From the NCBI RefSeq assembly GCF_002087085.1, contig NZ_MWQY01000001.1, forward strand, positions 62,001-126,000: 64,000 nucleotides of DNA. The letters run 5' to 3'. The translations under genes and the position numbers were made by a program. Every line of letters starts with the position of its first letter. The first letter of the stretch is position 1. The notes beneath the pieces are model-generated. The model had not been told where the DNA came from, did no database searches, and saw nothing but the letters and a program-made list of their open reading frames with translations. Below, in pieces: positions 1 through 10,200 of the stretch.

Positions 1-29
1 TTGAATCCTGTAACGAAATGAGGTACATT
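1..29 (+). promoter_or_regulatory. sigma70-type promoter of the TPR operon (leaderless geometry)
   Basis: TTGAAT(1-6)-N17-TACATT(24-29), ATG 8 nt later, no Shine-Dalgarno. Confidence 0.55.
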
Positions 30-37
30 TAGCCTGT

Positions 38-2872
38 ATGAGAAATGCCGTAACACGTCTCTCCAGTATTCTCCTGATGCTGATATTCACGGTTTCGCTT
101 TCGGCTGTGGATTCTGCGGATCTTCTTTTTCGTGAAGGAAGCGCACGCTTTGAACGGGGTGACTATTCCGGAGCTGCCGAAAGGTACCGGAATTTTGTAC
201 GGCGATACCCGCAGAATGAGTCGTACCCCGATGCTCTTTACCGCCTGGGGATCTCCTCCATCAAGATCGGGGAGTACGGGGAGGGAATTGAGCTGCTTCA
301 GCGTCTTGAGGCCCGTTATCCCGGCGGCCGTTTCAGGACGGCATTCTGGCTCGGTATCGGGTATGAAGCCCTGGGGGATTCAGAGAGAGCTCTTTCCTCC
401 TGGGACCGGTATATCGCCGGGGAAGATACGGCATACCGCAGGGAGGCCCTGGTGGCCGCGGCATACACATACACCGAAAGCGGCAGGCCGGAGGCTGCGG
501 AGAAACTGCTGCTCGTGCTTGAGGATTATGACGGAGATTTCTTCATCGAAAAAGGCGGTCTGGTCCTCCTCGCGGAGATATACAGGGCTGCCGGATCCTT
601 CGGCAGGATAATAGAACTGGCTGAACGTATTGATTCCGGTTCCGTAAAAGACCTCCCGCCGGCTTTTCTTCTCACCCTGGGCGAGGCCTACCGCCAACAG
701 GAAGATACAGCTGTAGCCGAAGAGCTCTTCCGCAGGGTTGCGGGGTCCGGTTCTCCGGATTTGCGGGCCTCTGCGTACGGCCGGCTCTTTTCTCTCTATG
801 AAGCCTCCAATCGTCTGTCGGAGATGGAGGGTGTGGTTCTGGATGCGGAAAATCAGCTGGCGGGAGACAGGGACGCACTGGCGGCTTTCTGGTTCCGCGC
901 TGGAGCTGTTCTTTCTTCCCGGGGATCGTCCGCCGATGGTATCGCCTATCTGAAACGTGCCTGGGACATCCGTCATCAGGCGGAGCCGCCGGGAACGCTC
1001 CCGATATTTTATGCCCAGGCCCTTATGTCCATGGATGAGACGGAGGCAGCTGTTGAAATTCTGGAAAGCGCTCTCGATGAAGGTATGGGCGATGCCGGAA
1101 GAATTCGCTACAGGCTGGCCGCTGCTTATTCCCGACTGAATGACTGGTCCGGAGTCAGAGATCTGTTGTCTTCCGGGGATCAGTCCCTGGATGCTCCTGC
1201 CTCCCTGTTGCTGGCCCAGGCCCACCTGCGTCTGAAGGAGTATCCCGCGGGTCTTTCCGTGGCATCGGCGGCCCTTGAAGAACAGCCCGCCACGGAATGG
1301 CAGCGCGGACTTCTCAAGGTAAGCTGGCAGCTTCTGGCAGCGGCAGGGGAGTACAGAGAGGCGGTCAAGACATATTCTCAGTATAAACGTCTTCTGGGGG
1401 AACCCGACGATACCGGGGATCTGCAATACCTGCGGCTCCTTTTCAACGCCGGGCTGTATAATCAGGTGGTGCGCCGGGGGAGTTCCGAGGCTGAGTCCTG
1501 GGAGGCAAAACTGCTTCGGGGAATGGCCCTGATCGGTATCCAGGAGTACGGCGAGGCCCGGGACACCCTGTCCTCCCTGTCTTCCCGGGATATTCCTGCC
1601 GAGTACCGGCAGTTCAGGGATTATTACCTTTCCTGGAGTCTCTATCGTCTGGGGGATTATCCCCGGGCTTTGCGCAGTTTCCGGGATTTTCGCAGGGACT
1701 ATCCGGATTCATCCCTGGCGTCGGAAGCGGCCTGGTACGGGGGCTGGTCGGCATTCTCCCTTAAAGACTACGGGTCCGCAGCGGAACTCTTCGGTGCCTG
1801 TGACCCTTCAGGACCCAGGGGCCGGGAAGCCCTTCTGGCCCGGGCCCGGGCTCTTGCCGCGGATGGGCGCAGAGGGGAAGCCATTCTGCTTGCAGAGAGC
1901 TATCTCGGCGAATATGCCCGCCTGGGTGGTGATGAAGCCCTCTACCTTATCTTTGAAATCCATCTGGAAGGCGCTAATCGGGATGACAGTTCCGAAGCCC
2001 TGTCACGGCTGCGTCAGGAGTACCCGGAGAGCCCCTGGACCTCCCGTGCTCTCTACCGGCAGGCCAGAAGCGATCTTGAGGCAGGAAATTTCCGCAGCGC
2101 GGCTGCCGGGTTCGATTCCTACCGGAGACTTTTTCCCTCCGGGGAGTACTCGGAAGAATCCTTCTTTTACCGGGCAGAGGCCTCGGCCGCCATGGGAGAA
2201 ACCCGCCTGGCCCTTCTGTTGTGGGAACGCCTGATTCGGGAGTACCCGGAAAGTCCCCTGCGGCCTCGGGCTCTGTCCCTGCGGGGCGAAACCCTGGCCG
2301 GACTCGGGGAATACAAGGATGCCCTGGAGAGCTATGCCGTACTGCTGCGGGAGTATCCGGCCCAGGCGGAACGCCTCGGTATCCGGAAGGAGGTCTCCCG
2401 GCTTGAATCCCTGCTGGTTTCTCCAGGTTCCGAATATCGACGTCTTTTGACAGAGGCCGAGTCAGCCGGAGGTGCAGAGAGTCGTGAAGGCCGGACCCTC
2501 CTGATCCGGGCCATTCAGAGCGCCATAGCCGAGGGCCGGGCGGAGGATTTTAACGATGCGGGAAGGCTTGTCCGGCAGCTTTTGAATACGTTGCCCGGGG
2601 ACAAAGGTGAACAGGGGAGGATCTTTTTTGTCGCCGGCGAGTATGCCTTCCGGCGCAACGAGTACGCCGAGGCCGCTTCCAGGTATCTCAGTGCTGCGCT
2701 GTCGATGAGCGGCGACCCGGATTTTACCGCCCAGGCGCTCTATCGTTCCGCCCAGATGTCCCTGTATGCCGGTGACCGAAGCGGCTATAACGAGGTTCTG
2801 GAACGACTGCGACGCAATTTTCCGGCCAGCCCCTGGCTTGAGTCCGCGGAATCCCTGGGAGAGAAAAGATGA
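38..2872 (+). CDS. Large secreted tetratricopeptide-repeat protein (BamD/CpoB-like TPR units)
   Basis: 944 aa, N-terminal signal peptide, many A...F...YP.S...A.Y..G type TPR repeats. Confidence 0.85.
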   Translation: MRNAVTRLSSILLMLIFTVSLSAVDSADLLFREGSARFERGDYSGAAERYRNFVRRYPQNESYPDALYRLGISSIKIGEYGEGIELLQRLEARYPGGRFRTAFWLGIGYEALGDSERALSSWDRYIAGEDTAYRREALVAAAYTYTESGRPEAAEKLLLVLEDYDGDFFIEKGGLVLLAEIYRAAGSFGRIIELAERIDSGSVKDLPPAFLLTLGEAYRQQEDTAVAEELFRRVAGSGSPDLRASAYGRLFSLYEASNRLSEMEGVVLDAENQLAGDRDALAAFWFRAGAVLSSRGSSADGIAYLKRAWDIRHQAEPPGTLPIFYAQALMSMDETEAAVEILESALDEGMGDAGRIRYRLAAAYSRLNDWSGVRDLLSSGDQSLDAPASLLLAQAHLRLKEYPAGLSVASAALEEQPATEWQRGLLKVSWQLLAAAGEYREAVKTYSQYKRLLGEPDDTGDLQYLRLLFNAGLYNQVVRRGSSEAESWEAKLLRGMALIGIQEYGEARDTLSSLSSRDIPAEYRQFRDYYLSWSLYRLGDYPRALRSFRDFRRDYPDSSLASEAAWYGGWSAFSLKDYGSAAELFGACDPSGPRGREALLARARALAADGRRGEAILLAESYLGEYARLGGDEALYLIFEIHLEGANRDDSSEALSRLRQEYPESPWTSRALYRQARSDLEAGNFRSAAAGFDSYRRLFPSGEYSEESFFYRAEASAAMGETRLALLLWERLIREYPESPLRPRALSLRGETLAGLGEYKDALESYAVLLREYPAQAERLGIRKEVSRLESLLVSPGSEYRRLLTEAESAGGAESREGRTLLIRAIQSAIAEGRAEDFNDAGRLVRQLLNTLPGDKGEQGRIFFVAGEYAFRRNEYAEAASRYLSAALSMSGDPDFTAQALYRSAQMSLYAGDRSGYNEVLERLRRNFPASPWLESAESLGEKR

Positions 2873-4458
2873 TGCATACCAGAAACCTGTTCCTGCTGCT
2901 GATCCTTCCGTTGCTGTCATTTTCGCTTTTTACCCAGGAGACTCCGCAGGATTCTGAACCTGACGTGGAGCTTCCGGAGCTGAGCCTGAGTTTTGAGGAT
3001 GTTTTTGGGGAGGATCTTCCCCTTGTGGAGCTGCAGCTTGAAGAAGCCCTGGCACCGGGATTGCCCGAGCTTTCGGAACCGGAAGGGGTCCTTCAGGTCC
3101 GGCCTCATTCGATCGATCTTCCCTCACCGGTATTCGATGCCCTTCCCTACGGCAGCGATTCCGCACCCCTCTACGGCCGGGGTTATATCGGTCTGGGCAG
3201 CTCGAATTCCCTTATGGGAGAGATCGAAATAGCGACCCTGGGGGCTGATCCCGGTTTCGGCCTCTCCTATTCCCACAGCTCACTGGACGGTTTCGGCGGC
3301 AATTCCCCCGGCGAGGGCTATACCTTTCGCCGCGAGGAAGCCCGGGTGAAGGTTGACTACTCAGGAACCGGGGCTGATGCCTTTTTTTCCGGCTCCTTTA
3401 TTGAAGAGGAGCGGGGGCTGCAGGGAGAATCACCCTTTTCCTCCACCCTCTACCGGACAATGGGAGCCGAGGGCGGGTACGAGCTTCCCCCCGACAGGGG
3501 CTGGTACGGAGGTCCCGGTTTCGATGTTTCCGGGGCGTATCAGAACCTTTCCGGAACCTCCCCTGAGGATACCAGCCATTTTACCCTCAGCCCCGTCATG
3601 CGGGGGGGCTATGCCTGGTCCTCCTTCATGCTCGGAGCCGAAGGGCGCTACAGTTTCCGCTCCGGGTCTGAGGGGGATTATATCCAGTATCTGCGTCTGG
3701 ATCTCAATGCCGAGGGGGATCTGAGTCCCCGGGTCGGATTCATCGCCGAGGCTGGGGTGGCGTATATTGTGGACGGGGACGTACGTTTTCCCTTTTCCCT
3801 GCTTCTCAGTGCAGGACTCAGCGAGAATGTGAGCATGGAGGCATCGGGGGGATACTATCACAGTCTTGGCGACTACGCCGCCCTTCTGTCAATGTATCCC
3901 TTCCTGCGTATTCCTGAGGAGCCTCTGGCTGCAGAGGAGGGCTGGGAAGGAGACCTCTCCCTGAGGCTGCGTCTCGGTCATGATCTCTACCTTCGCCTGG
4001 GGAGTTCCCTTACCGCCGGTACCCGTTACAGGGCCGGGGATGCTCCGGAGCCTGCTTCGAGCCTTCTTCCGGTGGCGGAAAAAGATGTCCGGGAACTGGG
4101 TCCCCGGGGAAACCTGGAGTTTCCTTTGGGAAAAACCTTTTTCGGCAGTTTTTCCGCGGGTTTGCGATATGATTACGAGGAGTCCAGCATGGAGGCCTTT
4201 GATGTCGGGCTGGGTGTGGAGAGTGAAGGATTGACCTCCCGGCTGGGACTTCGATTGCAGGGCGACTGGGACCTGTCGGATAATGATCAGACTCCGGTTC
4301 TCGGCAGCGAAGTCTGGTACGAACCTCTTGAGAGCATCCGCTTTATTCTGGGCATTGACGATGCCCTGGGGCTTCTGGACACCGGAGGCAGAAAGGATGA
4401 CAGCGGTCTCGAGGTGCCCGGTTTTGTTATACGCTTCGCCACGGAAATCAGCCTCTGA
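2869..4458 (+). CDS. Putative outer-membrane beta-barrel protein (TonB-dependent-receptor-like, no recognisable plug)
   Basis: Signal peptide, acidic Pro-rich N-terminal linker, alternating hydrophobic Gly/aromatic-rich strands, terminal strand FVIRFATEISL; start overlaps the TPR stop. Confidence 0.65.
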   Translation: MMHTRNLFLLLILPLLSFSLFTQETPQDSEPDVELPELSLSFEDVFGEDLPLVELQLEEALAPGLPELSEPEGVLQVRPHSIDLPSPVFDALPYGSDSAPLYGRGYIGLGSSNSLMGEIEIATLGADPGFGLSYSHSSLDGFGGNSPGEGYTFRREEARVKVDYSGTGADAFFSGSFIEEERGLQGESPFSSTLYRTMGAEGGYELPPDRGWYGGPGFDVSGAYQNLSGTSPEDTSHFTLSPVMRGGYAWSSFMLGAEGRYSFRSGSEGDYIQYLRLDLNAEGDLSPRVGFIAEAGVAYIVDGDVRFPFSLLLSAGLSENVSMEASGGYYHSLGDYAALLSMYPFLRIPEEPLAAEEGWEGDLSLRLRLGHDLYLRLGSSLTAGTRYRAGDAPEPASSLLPVAEKDVRELGPRGNLEFPLGKTFFGSFSAGLRYDYEESSMEAFDVGLGVESEGLTSRLGLRLQGDWDLSDNDQTPVLGSEVWYEPLESIRFILGIDDALGLLDTGGRKDDSGLEVPGFVIRFATEISL

Positions 4459-4514
4459 AGCGGACTGACCGCCGGAGGCTTCACTGTGAATACAATTAAC
4501 TGTAAGGATGGAAT

Positions 4515-5129
4515 ATGGATGGTTTAACAAGTCTGCTGCGCGACGGAGGGCCGATCCTCTGGATTATCATGCTGCTGTCTCTGGCGGCGGGAGCAATTAT
4601 TATTGAACGCTTTCTCTTCTTTCGTCGCATCCGGGTCGACGAGGACACCCTCATAGCCCGTCTGAAAGCCACCCTGGAAAAAGGACACCACGACGAGGCC
4701 TTGAGTATCTGCGAAGGCAATCCGTCGCCTCTGACCAATCTCATGAAGGTAGGGATCGAGAACAGACATAAAGCCCCCGGGGATATACGGGATCTGGTGG
4801 TAAGCGCTGCGAATCTGGAAATACCCCATCTTGAACGTTCCCTCAATGCCCTGGGCACCATCGCCCACATCTCGCCCCTTCTGGGTCTCTTGGGAACGGT
4901 AACGGGGAATATTGAAGCCTTCGGAATTCTGGGAAAATTCGGCGCCGTGGGAGATCCCGCCCTGCTGGCATCGGGAATCGCTGAGGCCCTGATCACCACT
5001 GCGGCGGGTCTGATTGTCTCGATCCCGGCCATCGTTTTCTATAACCATCTGGTGAGCCGTGTGAATCATATCATCATTCGACTGGAGAACAGGGTCAACG
5101 AACTGGTACTTTTTCTGGGAGGTGCCTGA
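4515..5129 (+). CDS. exbB: MotA/TolQ/ExbB proton channel protein
   Basis: SPLLGLLGTVTG and GIAEALITTAAGL..IPA motifs. Confidence 0.9.
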   Translation: MDGLTSLLRDGGPILWIIMLLSLAAGAIIIERFLFFRRIRVDEDTLIARLKATLEKGHHDEALSICEGNPSPLTNLMKVGIENRHKAPGDIRDLVVSAANLEIPHLERSLNALGTIAHISPLLGLLGTVTGNIEAFGILGKFGAVGDPALLASGIAEALITTAAGLIVSIPAIVFYNHLVSRVNHIIIRLENRVNELVLFLGGA

Positions 5130-5536
5130 TGCAGTTCAGAAGGAGACTGAAAACCAATGCCACGGTGGATCTGGTTCCAATGATCGACGTGGTTTTTCAG
5201 CTGGTTATCTTTTTCATGGTCTCCACCACCTTTATACTGACCCCCGGGATAAACCTTTCCCTGCCCGAATCAAGTACCGCAGAACCCGTTGCGGCCTCCC
5301 GAATTGTTATTACCGTAGCCGGGGAGGAGGAGATCTACATAAACAAGGAACGGGTTACCCTGGACGGTCTGGTGCCGATACTTCAGGGGATGCGTGAATC
5401 CTCGGATATCGGGAATGTCGTCCTCGAAGGAGACCGTCAGGTTCCCTATGCCATGCTGATACAGGTCCTGGACAGACTCCGGGCCGCAGGCTTTTCCGGT
5501 GCCAACCTGAGGACCCTGGAGCCCGGCGGAGGTTGA
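5129..5536 (+). CDS. exbD: ExbD/TolR biopolymer transport protein
   Basis: DLVPMIDVVFQLVIFFMV TM with conserved Asp, GD..VPY motif; TGATG coupling to exbB. Confidence 0.9.
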   Translation: MQFRRRLKTNATVDLVPMIDVVFQLVIFFMVSTTFILTPGINLSLPESSTAEPVAASRIVITVAGEEEIYINKERVTLDGLVPILQGMRESSDIGNVVLEGDRQVPYAMLIQVLDRLRAAGFSGANLRTLEPGGG

Positions 5537-5543
5537 CCAGCAG

Positions 5544-6518
5544 ATGACCCGACTTTCAGCGGCTGAAAAAGAGCGCTCTCTTATTGCCCTGCTCATATCC
5601 CTGGCCATGCATCTTGTCTTTTTTCTTGTGATGCTGCTGCTGCCTGGGGCGGACCTGGTTCCGGAGCGTCCGAAATCCCTTCCCATACAGGTCAGTTTTA
5701 CCCTGCCCGAACCGCCTGTTCCGGAGCCGAAGGCGGTGGAACCGAAGGCACCGGAGATGCCTGAACCTGTCAGGCAGCCGGAACCGCTTCCCCGGCAGCC
5801 CCGGGTGAAGCCGGTTCCGAAACCCGAACCCCGACCGGCGCCCCGGGCCTCCGCTCCGGCGGCGGCAAGCGCCGAACCGGAATACGAGCCCTGGACACCG
5901 GAGCCTGCGCAGAATTTCCAGAAGAGCTTCTCAAGCAGCGCACAAACAAGCCGCGAGGGGGGCCGTGTCACTACCAGCCAGCCCAGCGACAGCAGAACCA
6001 GATTCGGCGAAACGGAGTTCCAGTCCGGGGATGAAGAGGGTGATGATCCGGTAATCATAAGGTCAGACTCAGCAGACAGGGCTTCCAGGGTCTTGAGCTC
6101 CGGACAGCTGGCGGAACTTGATACGACCCTGGCAGGAGCCGGCCGGGGGGGCGGATCCTCCCGGGGGCAGGGTCCTGTCACCGTGGAGGTGGAGAACCTC
6201 GGCAGCATCGAGAGTATCGAAGATTTAATGAGTTACCGCAATGCTCAGTATGACGGACTGCCTGATCTTGATTCCGCAGTCGCGGCGGAACTGGCTTCAA
6301 AAAAACTCAGCGTACTGAGGGTGGACATCTCCTTTACTATTTCTCCCGATGGAATAGTGGAAGACTTGCAAACCTCAGCTTCTTCGGGCTATCCTGCCCT
6401 GGACGCATTCTTGAAGAAGAATCTGCCGGAGGTTCTCAGCTTTGCCCCTCTGCCCGAGGAGTACGGCAACCTGCGGCAGCAGGTCAAAGATCTTGAACTA
6501 GTCGTCAAATCCAACTGA
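5544..6518 (+). CDS. TonB/TolA-like energy transducer
   Basis: N-terminal TM with S..MH motif, Pro/Glu-rich linker, C-terminal F.I.PDG.V....SSG...LD TonB-C signature. Confidence 0.8.
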   Translation: MTRLSAAEKERSLIALLISLAMHLVFFLVMLLLPGADLVPERPKSLPIQVSFTLPEPPVPEPKAVEPKAPEMPEPVRQPEPLPRQPRVKPVPKPEPRPAPRASAPAAASAEPEYEPWTPEPAQNFQKSFSSSAQTSREGGRVTTSQPSDSRTRFGETEFQSGDEEGDDPVIIRSDSADRASRVLSSGQLAELDTTLAGAGRGGGSSRGQGPVTVEVENLGSIESIEDLMSYRNAQYDGLPDLDSAVAAELASKKLSVLRVDISFTISPDGIVEDLQTSASSGYPALDAFLKKNLPEVLSFAPLPEEYGNLRQQVKDLELVVKSN

Positions 6519-6531
6519 TAAGCGATGGATA

Positions 6532-7194
6532 ATGAAATTTCGCGCAATAGCTTTCGATATAGACGGGACGCTGTACCCGAATTACCGTATGTACCTCTAC
6601 TCCCTGATTCCGGCCCTGAAGCATCCGATCCTGGCCCTGAATTTCGGCCGGGTGCGGAAGGAAATACGCAAAGTTCGGCCGGTGGAGAACTTTCGGCACC
6701 TCCAGGCCCGGATGCTTGCAGACCATATGGGCTGCAGCGCCGAACACGCTTTTGCTCTGGCAGAACGTTTTCTGTATGAACGCTGGGTGACCTCCTTTCG
6801 CGGACTGAAACCCTTTCCCGGGGTCAGGGCGGTTCTTGATTCCTTCAAACACGCCGGATTCAAACTCGCCGCCATGTCGGACTTCCCGATTCAGAGCAAA
6901 CTGGAGTACCTCGGGCTCTCCGGGCTCTGGGACACAGCCTTTACGGCGGAGGACACCCACTATCTGAAGCCCCACCCCGAGCCCTTTCTGCGGCTTATAA
7001 ACGAACTGGAATGTGGCCCAGAGGAGATCCTCTATGTGGGGAACAGCTACTCCTACGACATCGAGGGGGCCGGTGCAGTCGGGATTCGTACTGCCCATCT
7101 GACTAAGCACCCGGTACCCGGTTCAAGGGCGGATTTCTCCTTTTTTCGCTATAGTGATCTTCGGGATTTCGTTTTTTCCCATTCCGGGGTATAA
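6532..7194 (+). CDS. HAD-family hydrolase
   Basis: FDIDGTL motif I, KPHP, YVGNSY.YD..GA. Confidence 0.9.
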   Translation: MKFRAIAFDIDGTLYPNYRMYLYSLIPALKHPILALNFGRVRKEIRKVRPVENFRHLQARMLADHMGCSAEHAFALAERFLYERWVTSFRGLKPFPGVRAVLDSFKHAGFKLAAMSDFPIQSKLEYLGLSGLWDTAFTAEDTHYLKPHPEPFLRLINELECGPEEILYVGNSYSYDIEGAGAVGIRTAHLTKHPVPGSRADFSFFRYSDLRDFVFSHSGV

Positions 7195-7233
7195 TTACCC
7201 TGGGTCAATAGAAAAAAAACTGGGAGAGGGACA

Positions 7234-10200
7234 ATGCTATTCGACTCTTTCTTTCAAGCGGGAAATATAATCACCCTGGCAATAGTTCTTATTATACTGG
7301 CGGTGTATCGCCAGCTCGATAAGGACAACCGGTCTCTGGAGAAACTGAAGAAGTTTGCCGACAGGATGAAGGACGATATCGGCTCCTTTGTCGATGAAAA
7401 GAGCCGGGATATGCAGAACCTGGCCATTGAACTCGATGTACACCAGAAGACAGCAAAAGAGATCCTGTCCCGCCTCGGGAAATCGGAGGAGCAGCTTCAG
7501 GAACGGAGCTGGCATCTGGACGAGGTGCGGGAAAGGATCGAAGGCTATGATGCCTCCCTGAAAGAGCTGGGGACCATGACCGGTAAGGTGGAAGAGAATC
7601 TCCGGAGAATCGCCTCGGAGTCCGAATTCGTCGACACCGTAGCCAAACGGGTAAAAGCGGTGGCCGGGCAGCTGGACGGGGTGGAAAAGTCAATCCCGGG
7701 TATTGAACAGCGTCTCAAGCAGGATTCCCAGAAGATACTCGAGGCCCTTAAACAGGATATCATTAAAGGCGTTTACGACGATGTGGGACGCCTCAAAAAA
7801 GAGGCCCGACAGGCCGGTGAGCAGGTAGATGAGTTTGCCTCCTTCATCTCTTCCCTGCAGGAGAAACAGAGCGATACCGAACGGGAATCCCTCGATGCCC
7901 TCCGTTCCTCCGCGGACGAACTGCTTCAGGAACTGGACAGCTCCCGCAAGAATCTTGAAAACGAGTTCTCCGCGAATATTGAATCCCTGGGAACAGCCAT
8001 GCAGGAAGAGATTACCGGGCGTATCAGGGCCATTATGGATGACGGTCGCAACCTGGAGGGAGAGATCTTTGATTCCCTGAGGGAATACATCGAGGGCAGG
8101 GTAGGGGATGTAAAGGCCGAGACCGCCGCCTGGAAGGTTTCCGCGGACAGAAACCTGGAATCTTTCCAGGAGGGGCTTGAGAAGCGGATGGCGGAGCTCA
8201 ACGACAGGCTCGGTGCATTCCGCCGGGAGGCGGAAACGACCTTTGCCCAGGCTGCCGTGACAACTGAAACCCTGAAGAGTCAGCTGCGGGAGCAGTATGA
8301 AGAGATACGTGACGCCGGTGAATCCTGGAAGCAGGAGGTGGAAAACAGCCTGGAAGGGCACCGGCTGGGAATTCAGAAAAAGACCTCCGAGCTTGAATCC
8401 CGGCTCCTGGAATATGAAGAAGATACGGGCTACCGCTTTTCCCGTATAGAGGAGATTACCCGGGACATGGATCAGCTGGAGGAGAACCTCAAGGCTTCCA
8501 TGGACAGGGTCTCCGCGAAAATACGGAAGGAGTTTGCCGATTTTGCCGCGCAACTCGCTGCCGAAAGGGGAGAAGAGCATGCGAAGGCGGAGCAGGATCT
8601 GGGGGCCATCCGCTCGGCCATGGGAGAGCTTGAAAATGAGCTTAACGAACTGAAATCCAGGGCCTATGACAGCGTTTCGGAGAAGCTTAAACTCTTTGAA
8701 GATGATTTCTTCTCTGATCTGCGGGAGCGGAATGCCTCGATGCAGAACCAGTTCCAGGAGTGGAAAGAGAAGGTGCGTACCAGCCTGGATGCCCTCGGGG
8801 AAGAGTCGGGTCAGAAGCGACGGGAACTTGAGGAGCGCTACTCGGAAGAACTCGAGGAGCGCCTGACTGCCCTTCGGAACGAACTGCAGTCGGGTATGAA
8901 GGACTTCGAGGGGCAGGTGAACGCCTTCTACGGACGGATCGAGCAGAAGATCTCCACTACTGAAACGGACATGAAGAGCCTTGAAGACGGAATCCGGCAG
9001 GACGTTGAGGATGCACGGCGTCAGTCCAGGGCTTCCTTCGAGACGATTTTCACCGAGCACGATACCTCGATAAAGGATCAGATAAAGAAGTCCGAGAGGG
9101 AGTTCCAGGGTGAAATAAAGCGTCTGGGTGATGATCTGGATGCGGGACGAAAAGAGCTTTCGTCGCTGCTTGATGCAGCCAAGTCCGACGTAACGGTCTG
9201 GCAGGCTCAGATACTTCAGCAGCTGAAAGAAGCTGAATCTCAGGTAAGCGAAGACCTGGCGGGATTCAAGCTGTCTGCCAGGGAGAATACCGCCTCTCTG
9301 GTTCAGGCCTATACGGAAGAGCAGGAAGAGCTTGTACAGAACAGCCAGGCCGAGCGAGCCCGGATACGCAATGAGATCAAAAACCTCAATGAATCGGTCA
9401 TTGAGCTGCAGAGTGAGCTGCGAAAACGTACCGAGGAGGCCTTTGACCGTCAGAGCCGTGAGACGGAGAATTCCCTGGCGGAATTCCAGAAACGTTCCAG
9501 GGAGCTGCTTTCCGAAGCGGATGTACGGCTTAAGGAGTTCCGGGAGTCCGCGGCGGATATTAAGGAAAAGGTTGAAGGAGCCCAGGGCAAGCTCTTCGGC
9601 AAGATAGAGGACCAGTACAAGATACTGTCCGTGAAGCTGCAGGAAATCGATAAGCGGCAGAAGAACTTCGTAACCCAGACTAAAATCTTTGATCGTGCGG
9701 ATTCTCTGAAGATATCCCTTGAGGAGAATCTTGAGGATCTCAAGTCAGAAATTGCCCGGGTCGATGCCATGAGCAAGGAAATCAAGGAGTCGGAACGGAA
9801 GTTCATAAAGGTGCAGAAGCTCGGCGAGGAGGTCTCCGCCAAGTTTACCCGTTTCCTGAACGAGCGGGGACGCATCGAGGAGATGGAAGGGGACTTCAAG
9901 AAGCTCATCAACCTGTCCCAGGCCATTGACGTAAAACTGAACGATGTTACCTCCTCCAATGATACCCTGACCTCTCTGCAGGCCCAGCTGCGTCAGCTGG
10001 AAGAGCTTGAGAAGGATGTTAATGTCAAATTCGAACGCCTTGAAAGCAAGGGAAACATCCTGGACGCCACAACCTCCGGGGTGGATAAGAACTTCCAGAG
10101 CCTCAGGGAGCTCGAGGGTCGGGTCAAGGATCTGGGTAGTCAGCTGTCGGTTCTGCCAAAAGAGTTTGAATCGGTCAAGAAAGAGATCCATGTACTGTCC

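Noticed and set aside
5700..5910. Short repeated CCGGAG/GAACC units, possible tandem array
   Set aside because: They encode the Pro-Glu/Pro-Lys linker of the TonB-like protein; no repeat-spacer structure
7690..9060. 456-aa minus-strand ORF, and similar long shadows at 380-1426, 12349-13332, 23510-24631, 50618-51598, 52603-53565 and 59289-60302
   Set aside because: All lie antisense to well-supported genes and lack protein-family motifs
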